Source: Armatimonadota bacterium
GTDB taxonomy: Bacteria > Armatimonadota > Fimbriimonadia > Fimbriimonadales > Fimbriimonadaceae
Reading direction: 5' to 3'
Assembly (NCBI GenBank): GCA_021413725.1
Contig: JAIOPU010000181.1
Span: 1-16,122 of the forward strand
Length of the DNA: 16,122 nt
Both the position numbers and the translations under genes were made by a program. Of this stretch, positions 1-6,646 are shown one piece after another. Below the pieces are notes generated by a model, which saw only the letters and a list, made by a program, of their open reading frames with translations, searched no databases and was not told where the DNA came from. Every line of letters starts with the position of its first letter. Position 1 is the stretch's first letter.

Positions 1-987
1 GATTTTCACCATGAGATCACCCTTTCCGCCCTTCATTTTGTGAATTCCCTGCGCGCCCAATCGGAACTTTTGCCCTGGCTGACTGAGCGGTTTGAGCGTC
101 ATCGTGATCGCCCCAGTTAGAGTCGGCACCCGTATCTCACCTCCCAAAACCGCAGTGGAATAAGGCACCGCAATCTCCGTCACCAAGCTCTCGCCATCGC
201 GCACAAACTGCGGATGCGGAAGCTCTTTGATAATCACGTAAAGATCGCCCGCGCGCCCATTGCTGCCAAGCCCGCCGCGCCCGGGAACTCGCAACTTCTT
301 ACCGTTGCTAATCCCCGCCGGGATCGTGACCTCGACTTTCTTAGTCGTCGGTAGCGCCCCGGTACCCGCACAGCTCGGACAATTCTCGGTATTGAGCTGC
401 CCCGAACCACCACACTCATCGCAAATCTGAGCAAACCCCAACATGCTCCGAACCTGCCCCTGCCCCCGACAAGTCGGGCAAGTGCGACCGGTGCGAACCC
501 GCACCTGACCGCTACCGTCACAACTCTTGCAAACATCGGGGACCTGATAAGTCAAGGTGCGCTTGGTCCCGGTGTCAATTTCATTGAGCGTTATCTCAAC
601 AACTTTTTCCACGTCCCGAGGGGGGACCTGGGGCTTCCGCTGTGGCTGCTGCGAAACACCGGGTCCCCCGCCGCCGAAGTTGTGGAAAATGTGGCTGAAC
701 ATGTCACCGATATCCGGCCCACCAACCCCACCTCCACCAAAATCCTGGTCGCCCATTCGCTGAGCGTTTTCCCAGTTCGAGCCATAGGAATCGTAGAGCT
801 TTCGCTTTTCTGCGTCACCCAGAACCTCATACGCTTCGTTGATTTCCTTGAACCGCGCCTCTGCCGTCTTATCGTTCGGGTTCAAATCGGGGTGGAATTT
901 ACGCGCAAGGCGACGAAACGACGTCTTGATCGCCTTATCGTCGACCTTTTTGTCAAGTTCCAAAATCTTATAATAGTCTTTACTCAT
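1..987 (-). CDS. dnaJ: Molecular chaperone DnaJ (Hsp40). The N-terminus is complete and the C-terminus runs off the window edge.
   Basis: Minus-strand translation from ATG (cat at 985-987) gives MSKDYYKILELDKKVDDKAIKTSFRRLARKFHPDLNPNDK (J domain with the HPD motif), then a G/F-rich stretch (FGGGGVGGPDIGDMFSHIFHNFGGGGPG), then four CxxCxGxG zinc-finger repeats (CKSCDGSG, CPTCRGQG, CDECGGSG, CPSCAGTG) and the C-terminal GRAGDLYV...GDLMVKI. The reading frame is open to position 1, so it is absent from the supplied ORF track only because it is partial. Confidence 0.9.
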   Translation of the reverse strand, partial: MSKDYYKILELDKKVDDKAIKTSFRRLARKFHPDLNPNDKTAEARFKEINEAYEVLGDAEKRKLYDSYGSNWENAQRMGDQDFGGGGVGGPDIGDMFSHIFHNFGGGGPGVSQQPQRKPQVPPRDVEKVVEITLNEIDTGTKRTLTYQVPDVCKSCDGSGQVRVRTGRTCPTCRGQGQVRSMLGFAQICDECGGSGQLNTENCPSCAGTGALPTTKKVEVTIPAGISNGKKLRVPGRGGLGSNGRAGDLYVIIKELPHPQFVRDGESLVTEIAVPYSTAVLGGEIRVPTLTGAITMTLKPLSQPGQKFRLGAQGIHKMKGGKGDLMVKI

Positions 988-994
988 CTGCGTG

Positions 995-1021
995 TAGGAC
1001 ACTCAAGTCTATGAGTGTTAG
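995..1021. promoter_or_regulatory. CIRCE-like inverted repeat, a possible HrcA operator, lying 9-35 nt upstream of the dnaJ start codon.
   Basis: TAGGACACTCA-agtcta-TGAGTGTTAG. The arms ACACTCA/TGAGTGT form a perfect 7-bp inverted repeat and the flanks resemble TTAGCACTC/GAGTGCTAA of the CIRCE consensus TTAGCACTC-N9-GAGTGCTAA. Spacing between the GCACTC-type arms is 8 nt rather than 9, so it is not canonical. Confidence 0.3.
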
Positions 1022-1057
1022 ACGCTTAGGTGAGGGCAAATGGTTCCCGAGACCCAG

Positions 1058-1089
1058 TTGACAAATAGGCCTTCGTTGGGGTTTAATAT
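1058..1089 (+). promoter_or_regulatory. Sigma70-like promoter for the tRNA-fMet gene.
   Basis: TTGACA (1058-1063), an 18-bp spacer, then TTTAAT/TAATAT (1082-1089). The predicted transcription start falls at about 1095-1098, which coincides with the mature tRNA 5' end at 1098. Confidence 0.4.
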
Positions 1090-1097
1090 TGTCATAT

Positions 1098-1174
<77 letters not shown>

Positions 1175-1188
1175 AATTTCAGAAGATT

Positions 1189-1213
1189 AGGCCACCGTTT
1201 CGGTGGCTTTTTT
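1189..1213. terminator. Rho-independent terminator that probably works in both directions, for the tRNA on the plus strand and surE on the minus strand.
   Basis: GCCACCG-ttt-CGGTGGC hairpin followed by TTTTTT on the plus strand. The surE stop codon (1215-1217) abuts it on the other strand, and the plus-strand flank upstream is A-rich, giving a U-tract for the minus-strand transcript. Confidence 0.6.
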
Positions 1214-1214
1214 G

Positions 1215-2006
1215 TTACCTTTCCAGTCCCGCCCGAATCGCACTCGCCAAGGCGTGATCCGTCCAATCCAAGCTCACCGGAGTCACGCTCACAAACCCTT
1301 CCGATACCGCCTTCACGTCGGTGTCCTCCTCATTAGGGTCCATGACAACAACTCCCCCCTGCCAATAATATTTCCGTCCCCAAGGATCAGACCGCTCCTC
1401 AACTCGGTCCTCATAAACCCGCTTCCCCATCCCCACAACCCGCGTCCCGCGAATCTCAACAAACGACACCGCCGGGATGTTCACATTCAAGAAAGTCAGC
1501 GGCTTCATCGGCGTCTCGATCAGCCGACCCAGGTTCTCCGAAAGCCACTGCGCCCCAGAATCGAAGTGCAACGGCGCGCCCGAAACAAAGAGCGCCATCG
1601 AGACCGAAATCGAGCGAACGTGATTGATCGCCCCTTCCATCGCCCCCGCGACTGTCCCGCTATAGGTAACGTCAAACCCCAAATTCGGGCCGTTGTTAAT
1701 GCCGCTCAAGATCAAATCGCAACCATCCGGCCAACCCACCGTGAGCCCAACGTTCACACAATCTACCGGCAGGCCGTTCACCTCAAACGCATCCGCGACC
1801 GAGGGTCGGTCCCACGAGTCCGAAATCCTCGCCCAGTCCACCGGCTTCACCCGAAGCGGATCGTGCAAGGTCATTCCGTGGCCGCAAGCACTTTTCTCCC
1901 GATCTGGAGCGACGATTTTCACCTCTCCGAACTTCTGCGCCACAGCGGCAAGCACTGAAATGCCCTCGGCGCGCACGCCGTCGTCGTTGGTAATTAAGAT
2001 TCGCAC
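1215..2006 (-). CDS. surE: 5'/3'-nucleotidase SurE.
   Basis: 263 aa beginning MRILITNDDGVRAEGISVL...KIVAPDREKSACGHGMTLHDPLRV...GINNGPNLG...YSGTVAGAMEG, the canonical SurE N-terminal DDG/NDDG metal-binding signature and overall collinearity. Confidence 0.9.
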   Translation of the reverse strand: MRILITNDDGVRAEGISVLAAVAQKFGEVKIVAPDREKSACGHGMTLHDPLRVKPVDWARISDSWDRPSVADAFEVNGLPVDCVNVGLTVGWPDGCDLILSGINNGPNLGFDVTYSGTVAGAMEGAINHVRSISVSMALFVSGAPLHFDSGAQWLSENLGRLIETPMKPLTFLNVNIPAVSFVEIRGTRVVGMGKRVYEDRVEERSDPWGRKYYWQGGVVVMDPNEEDTDVKAVSEGFVSVTPVSLDWTDHALASAIRAGLER

Positions 2007-2027
2007 CCAATTAGGACGGAAGACGCC

Positions 2028-2735
2028 TTACTTGTGCATCGAAACAAGTTCCATTTGCGCCAGAGTCGCCGGAATATCCTTGCTCGACATGAGCGGTCGC
2101 CCAATCACGAGATAATTTGCGCCATCGGCAAGAGCTTGGGTGGCGGTGCCAACCCTTACCTGATCGTGGTTATTCCCACCTTCCAACCTAATCCCGGGGG
2201 TGGCGATGATGCCCCCATGCCCGATCGCGGCACGGATTGACTTCACTTCCATCGGTGAAGAAATCACCCCGTCAAGGCCGCATTGAAGTCCAAGTTTACT
2301 AAGCTCCACCATTTGCTCGGTAATTGAGCGGCACACGCCTAGGTGGTCAGTGAGAACGTGCTGGTCAAGCGATGTCAAAACACTGACCCCCATGAGTAAG
2401 GGCGCGACCTCTTCGCCATAGTAATGCGCTTCCTCCGAAGCGGCAGTCATCATCGCAGGACCGCCAGAAATGTGAACAGTGAGCATCCAAACCTGAAGCC
2501 TCGCCGCTTCGCGTACCGCAAGCGCGACCGTATTGGGAATGTCGTGGAATTTCAGGTCGAGAAAAACCCGGTCAATCCCCGCGTCCTGAATTCGAGAAAC
2601 CACCTCAAGACCATGACCCAGCGTCAGCGAGTGTCCGACTTTCACGCCGCCAACGTGGCCCCGGAGCTTTTTAACAACATCGAGAGCTTCGTTCAGATCG
2701 GTCGTGTCGAGTGCGCAAATTACTTTTCGATTCAT
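2028..2735 (-). CDS. pyrF: Orotidine 5'-phosphate decarboxylase.
   Basis: 235 aa starting MNRKVICALDTTDLNEAL and carrying the catalytic DLKFHDIPNT motif (DxKxxDIP). It lies 21 nt upstream of surE on the same strand, so the two are probably an operon. Confidence 0.9.
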   Translation of the reverse strand: MNRKVICALDTTDLNEALDVVKKLRGHVGGVKVGHSLTLGHGLEVVSRIQDAGIDRVFLDLKFHDIPNTVALAVREAARLQVWMLTVHISGGPAMMTAASEEAHYYGEEVAPLLMGVSVLTSLDQHVLTDHLGVCRSITEQMVELSKLGLQCGLDGVISSPMEVKSIRAAIGHGGIIATPGIRLEGGNNHDQVRVGTATQALADGANYLVIGRPLMSSKDIPATLAQMELVSMHK

Positions 2736-2827
2736 TGTTTTCTCACCGACCTTATTCTACACGGAAAATTCTAAAAACGCGAACTTTTTTGCGAATTATT
2801 CCCTCTCACTGGTTTTGTTCAAGTTAG

Positions 2828-3322
2828 TCACCCTTTCATAATTTTCCCTTCAGCGGTTACCACCCAGTTTCCAGCCTTCAATTCTACTTGCAGGGTGATG
2901 GATAGGCCGCCCCATCCGACGGATCGCAAGGAGCAGTTTACTTTTGCATTCGTTCCAGCTTGCAGCTCCCAAAGGTTTAGGTCGTATAGGCGAGCGGCCT
3001 TTCCCGAGGATTTTTCAAAAACTCCTTTGAAAGTCCTGTTACACTTGCTAACCGGCAAGAAATTGCTTCCCTGACTCAAAATTCGAGTTATAAGCTCGGG
3101 CGACGGGTCTTGCCCATCCACTGAAAGAAATTGAGCGGACGTCGCGTTTCCCCAGTAATTGGACCAGGGAGGCTTAGTAGTTAGATAATCGGTGCATGAG
3201 GCGAAAATCTCCTCTCTCTCACTCAGTGTAGGCCGAGTCTGCGACCGTTCCACCGGGTGTCGCGGAGGTGCCTTGCATCCAATCGTGACTGTGGCCAACG
3301 TTCCCAGCACAAGGGTCTTCAT
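2828..3322 (-). CDS. Hypothetical lipoprotein.
   Basis: The ORF 2828..3355 contains MKTLVLGTLATVTIGC, a signal peptide plus lipobox, beginning at the ATG at 3320-3322. It has no recognisable catalytic motif. It sits immediately downstream of the DinB-like gene on the same strand. Confidence 0.5.
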   Translation of the reverse strand: MKTLVLGTLATVTIGCKAPPRHPVERSQTRPTLSEREEIFASCTDYLTTKPPWSNYWGNATSAQFLSVDGQDPSPELITRILSQGSNFLPVSKCNRTFKGVFEKSSGKAARLYDLNLWELQAGTNAKVNCSLRSVGWGGLSITLQVELKAGNWVVTAEGKIMKG

Positions 3323-3365
3323 AGAGTTTGATCTGCAATTCATTTGGAAGCTCACTTAGAAGGAT

Positions 3366-3800
3366 TCACTCCCTCTCCCGAATCCAGCGCACAAAGTCAG
3401 TTTCCGGAAAGCCCACAATTTCCTGCGCCATGCAAAGCCCCCGAAGCTCTCCCCGGTGATAAGTCCCGTGGTTGATGACATGCCGGGCGATGTCGCAAAT
3501 CGCGATGTAGTAAACCTTCCCTTCCCTCTCCACCGAGGCAAAAGCCTCGATGTCGCACCGACTCAGAAGGTTTTTCCAAGCCTCCGCCATTTTCTCCAAA
3601 GTCGCCATCAGAGTGGGTTCGCGACCAGGGATTTCCTCTTCGCTAAAGCAAGTCTCAATCCAATGGGAGTAGCAGCGGACGTGGTGCTCAAGAATCGCAA
3701 GAGCGTCCTCGCGAAGAGCACTCGTCTCCGCCCAATCAAGCCAAGCCCGGTTCGCCCAAATATCGTAATCGAACCCTTCTTTCAGGCTGTCCAAAATCAT
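3366..3800 (-). CDS. DinB/YfiT-like (DinB_2 superfamily) putative metal-dependent protein.
   Basis: 144 aa with a His triad in the positions typical of DinB_2 (LEHHVRCYSHW near the N-terminus, ARHVINHGTYHRGEL near the C-terminus). The start ATG directly follows the TAG of the upstream ORF (TAGATG). Confidence 0.55.
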   Translation of the reverse strand: MILDSLKEGFDYDIWANRAWLDWAETSALREDALAILEHHVRCYSHWIETCFSEEEIPGREPTLMATLEKMAEAWKNLLSRCDIEAFASVEREGKVYYIAICDIARHVINHGTYHRGELRGLCMAQEIVGFPETDFVRWIRERE

Positions 3801-4124
3801 CTAAGCCTGCCCCGTAGCGCGCATCACGCCCCAAACCAAGCTCATCGCCATCCCCATCCGACACGCCATGAGCGTGTAATAAAGCTTCGATCCCCGCGTG
3901 TAACCATAAGTCGCCGAGGCGAGAAACGCGCCGGGAAGGTAGAGCGCGGCAAAAACAAGATAAGCCGGATGCAAAGGATTCTCGCGCTGAACGGCAAGAT
4001 AGATCTGCAAACTCACCGCCCCAACCGCCGCGACAATTGCAATGGCAAGCCCGATCTTGCCCATTTTGGGTGGAAGGCGGTGAACACCGGTAGCGCGGTC
4101 CATTCGGCTAGGCTCTGGGGTCAT
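3801..4124 (-). CDS. Small hypothetical membrane protein with 3-4 predicted transmembrane helices.
   Basis: 107 aa made of hydrophobic segments (IGLAIAIVAAVGAVSLQIYLAV, AYLVFAALYLPGAFLASATYGY, MGMAMSLVWGVM). It is tightly packed with the DinB-like gene. Its ATG overlaps the stop of the repeat-encoded ORF (ATGA). Confidence 0.4.
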   Translation of the reverse strand: MTPEPSRMDRATGVHRLPPKMGKIGLAIAIVAAVGAVSLQIYLAVQRENPLHPAYLVFAALYLPGAFLASATYGYTRGSKLYYTLMACRMGMAMSLVWGVMRATGQA

Positions 4125-4251
4125 GAGGAGAGTTTACACAAATCCGGAGGGTTTTCGGAAAGAGTAGAAGCGAGATGGCCAGCTCCCGCATGTGGTCGAC
4201 TGATTTTGGATGCAAGGAAACTCAAATTTTCAAAAATGACCTCGATTCTGA

Positions 4252-4419
4252 ATGGTAAAACCTCGTTCTTCTCATTGAAGATCGAAGTTTTGCCATTGAA
4301 AATCTCGTTCTTCTCATTGAAGATTGAAGTTTTGCCATTGAAAACCTCGTTCTTTTCATTGAAGATCGAAGTTTTGTCATTGAAAACCTTCGTCTTTCCA
4401 TTGGATAGCACAAAATTTC
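4252..4419. repeat. Array of about eight 21-bp units of two alternating types, equivalent to a 42-bp tandem repeat of ~3.5 copies. The two types are approximate reverse complements of each other.
   Basis: Type B is cattgaagatcgaagttttgc and type A is cattgaaaa(c/t)ctcgttctt(c/t)t. They alternate B-A-B-A-B-A from 4273 to 4398, with a partial A before (4252-4272) and a degenerate unit after (4399-4419). Every junction is an imperfect palindrome around a 5-bp (c/t)CATT core, either CGtTCTTC-tcatt-GAAGaTCG or CGAaGTTTTG-ccatt-GAAAACCTCG. The array is AT-rich compared with the flanking DNA. It is non-coding by context: it lies inside a 720-bp region between divergent genes. Confidence 0.85.
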
Positions 4420-4565
4420 CCGCCCATTTATGGAGGGACAATGACTGGAGGGAATTGAGGGGGGAAGTTTAACCTTTGCTCGGAGGGAGTTAGGCCCCGA
4501 GAACCAAATTTCCCCTCCCTGTTCGCTGAAGCGGAAGGCCTTTGTTGCGCGGAGCCTCAATTTGT

Positions 4566-4775
4566 TCAGACCACAATTGCTCCTTTTATAAGGCACATCA
4601 CCCCCAGCGGAAAAAGAAATCGACCTGACCAATAGAGACTATACACAGCTCCGAAAAACAGCTTCGCAACCTTCCCCTTGATCGCATCTCCGGTCGCGAA
4701 AACGAGAATCATGAACGCCACCAGAGGCGTACCGAGGAGCACAAGTCCCAATCTCGTCCATTCGCCCGATTGCAT
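4566..4775 (-). CDS. Hypothetical small membrane protein with two predicted transmembrane helices.
   Basis: 69-aa ORF with an ATG start (cat at 4773-4775). The hydrophobic segments are LGLVLLGTPLVAFMILVFA and FLFPLGVMCLIKGAIVV. There is no homology signal, and it could be a spurious ORF in the long intergenic region. Confidence 0.25.
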   Translation of the reverse strand: MQSGEWTRLGLVLLGTPLVAFMILVFATGDAIKGKVAKLFFGAVYSLYWSGRFLFPLGVMCLIKGAIVV

Positions 4776-4847
4776 TCTCCCATTATCACAGAAGCATGCG
4801 ATGAAGAATCATGTATCAAACCCAAGAGCCCGCTGCACTCTTAGTCC

Positions 4848-5924
4848 ATGGTCAAGCTCACGCTCAAATCCGTTCTCGCCACTTCAGCCCTCGCGGCATG
4901 CGCAATCTCCTCGGCTTCAGTCACCTACAGACTGACCGCCCTCGCCCCGGCTCCAGGCTATACGCAATCGGTTGCGATGGGTTTGAACGATCTGGGACAG
5001 GTCGTGGGTTACAGCGCTCCGAATAACATTGACTTCAACTACCAGGGCACCATTTGGAAAAATGGCCAGCCAACACTTCTCGGCAAGGTTGATCGGGGGA
5101 ATTACAGTTTGGCTTCGTCGATCAACAAAGCGGGAGAAATCACGGGCGAAGGCGATAATGGGAATATTCGCCCCCAAGTCATCATCTTTGCCAAGGGAAA
5201 GGCTTCCATCATTGATTCAGGCGCAAATAACTCGCGCGGCATGTTTATCTCGAAAACCGGAGTGATTGCCGGCAACTATGCTCGCGGCTTTGGCGGAGGT
5301 GGCTGGAATCCTGTCCTTTACACTCCCGATCCTCGAAAGCCGGGTGAGTACAAGCGAACTTCATTGCCACAATTTCCCGATCCTTCGGGCGCACAGAGCT
5401 ATTGCTATTGCTTTGGCGGAAACAACCGAGGCGAGGTGATCGGACAAATCAGTAGTTCACTTTGGAGCGCGCGAGGGGGCCTTTGGAATGCGGACGCAAC
5501 ACACAGCCTCACTTTGCTCGATCCGCTACCAAACGAATGGGATTCCTACGCGATGGGCATCAATGATGGCGGGACCGTGGTCGGCTATAGCGATACCGGC
5601 GTATTTTCCTCAACTCCTGTAATTTGGAGTGCATCGACCCACGAAGTCGCTCCGCTGCCACTGTTACCGGAAGAGATTCATGGCTACGCCTGGGCAATCA
5701 ACGGAGCAGGCACAATCATTGGTGCTCACGGCGAAAACGGCCAAGCATGCGTTTGGGTGAATGGTCAAATTCAGGACCTCCAGGCATCGCTGGACAGCAC
5801 CGGGGCAGGATGGACGATCGAGTTTGCTAGCGGCATCAACAAACTTGGCCAGATCGTCGGATACGGGCAATTGAACGGCAAGACGACCGCGTTCGTCCTC
5901 TCGCCGATTTCGACCGGACCCTAA
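4848..5924 (+). CDS. Secreted HAF-family repeat protein, probably a lipoprotein.
   Basis: 358 aa. The N-terminal signal peptide MVKLTLKSVLATSALAAC contains a possible LAAC lipobox. The body carries about seven copies of the motif A(M)GINDxGqVVGYS (AMGLNDLGQVVGYS, ASSINKAGEITGEG, AMGINDGGTVVGYSD, AWAINGAGTIIGAHGENGQ, ASGINKLGQIVGYGQLNGKTTAFVLSP), which matches my memory of the extracellular HAF repeat (TIGR03803), and ends with the HAF-like TAF. There is no PEP-CTERM tail. Confidence 0.65.
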   Translation: MVKLTLKSVLATSALAACAISSASVTYRLTALAPAPGYTQSVAMGLNDLGQVVGYSAPNNIDFNYQGTIWKNGQPTLLGKVDRGNYSLASSINKAGEITGEGDNGNIRPQVIIFAKGKASIIDSGANNSRGMFISKTGVIAGNYARGFGGGGWNPVLYTPDPRKPGEYKRTSLPQFPDPSGAQSYCYCFGGNNRGEVIGQISSSLWSARGGLWNADATHSLTLLDPLPNEWDSYAMGINDGGTVVGYSDTGVFSSTPVIWSASTHEVAPLPLLPEEIHGYAWAINGAGTIIGAHGENGQACVWVNGQIQDLQASLDSTGAGWTIEFASGINKLGQIVGYGQLNGKTTAFVLSPISTGP

Positions 5925-5956
5925 GTGGTTGCACCCAAGCAGGTACATTCCTAGGA

Positions 5957-6646
5957 TTGGAACAGCTTAGCCACTTTTGTCTCAACCTAGGATTCCCGCT
6001 CACCGACCGCCAGCTCGGGCAGTTTGAGGCCTTTAAGAAAGACCTCTACTTCATCAACCAAACGATGAACCTGACCCGAGTTGCGGTTGAGGATTGTGAG
6101 GTGCGGCACTTTATCGACTCGCTCCTTTTTATGGATCTGATCCCGGATGGGGCAAAAGTTTTAGACATTGGGACCGGGCCCGGCTTCCCGGCTTGGCCTC
6201 TAGCTTGCGCGAGGCCGGATTTGGAGGTTCACGCCGCGGATAGTTCGGGCAAGATGTTGAACTTCCTGCGACGGCACCCTCTGAAAAACTTAATAATCGT
6301 CGAGGGTCGAGCTGAGGAAAGCGGTTTTCGTGAAGAATTCGAGGTCGTAACCGGACGTGCCCTCGCTCCGCTCCCCGCGCAGCTAGAGCTCAGTGCCCAA
6401 GCCGCAAAAATCGGCGGCGCGGTGATCCCTATGAGGACTTCGAAAGACCTAGAAGCAATCCAAGCCTTCCCGGCCGAGGAACTGGGACTTGAGTTGGAAA
6501 GAATTGAAAATAGAATACTGCCCGGAGAGGAAGTAGAACGGGCATTCCCGATATTCAGGAAGACCACTGAAACCCACCCGAGATACCCGCGAACTTGGGG
6601 CGAAATCAAGAAGAAGCCGATAGCGGTAATATCCAACCTGCCTTGA
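5957..6646 (+). CDS. rsmG: 16S rRNA (guanine527-N7)-methyltransferase RsmG (GidB).
   Basis: TTG start preceded by AGGA. It carries the SAM-binding motif VLDIGTGPGFPAWPLA and the N-terminal QTMNLTRV...HFIDSL that are characteristic of RsmG. Confidence 0.8.
   Translation: MEQLSHFCLNLGFPLTDRQLGQFEAFKKDLYFINQTMNLTRVAVEDCEVRHFIDSLLFMDLIPDGAKVLDIGTGPGFPAWPLACARPDLEVHAADSSGKMLNFLRRHPLKNLIIVEGRAEESGFREEFEVVTGRALAPLPAQLELSAQAAKIGGAVIPMRTSKDLEAIQAFPAEELGLELERIENRILPGEEVERAFPIFRKTTETHPRYPRTWGEIKKKPIAVISNLP

Noticed and set aside
1203-1958. 251-aa plus-strand ORF, plus 1693..2115 and 1783..2010
   Set aside because: They are entirely antisense to surE/pyrF, which carry strong motif evidence. The products are Arg/Pro/His-rich low-complexity translations typical of shadow ORFs in GC-rich DNA.
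4252-4419. Possible CRISPR array
   Set aside because: The repeats are contiguous 21/42-bp units with no unique spacers between them, and there are no cas genes in the window.
3456-4472. 338-aa plus-strand ORF spanning the DinB-like gene, the membrane protein gene and the repeat array
   Set aside because: It is antisense to three tightly packed minus-strand genes. Its product is Arg/His/Pro-rich, and its 3' end merely reads through the tandem repeat (SFFSLKIEVLPLK copies).
4442-4565. G-rich stretch and imperfect hairpin GGAGGGA...TCCCCTCC
   Set aside because: The stem needs a bulge, there is no flanking U-tract or partner motif, and I could not support a terminator or riboswitch call from the sequence alone.
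4222-4632. 136-aa minus-strand ORF with basic RFSMAKLRSSMRRT repeats
   Set aside because: It is a second reading frame through the same tandem repeat. Repeats appear in every frame, and nothing favours this one.
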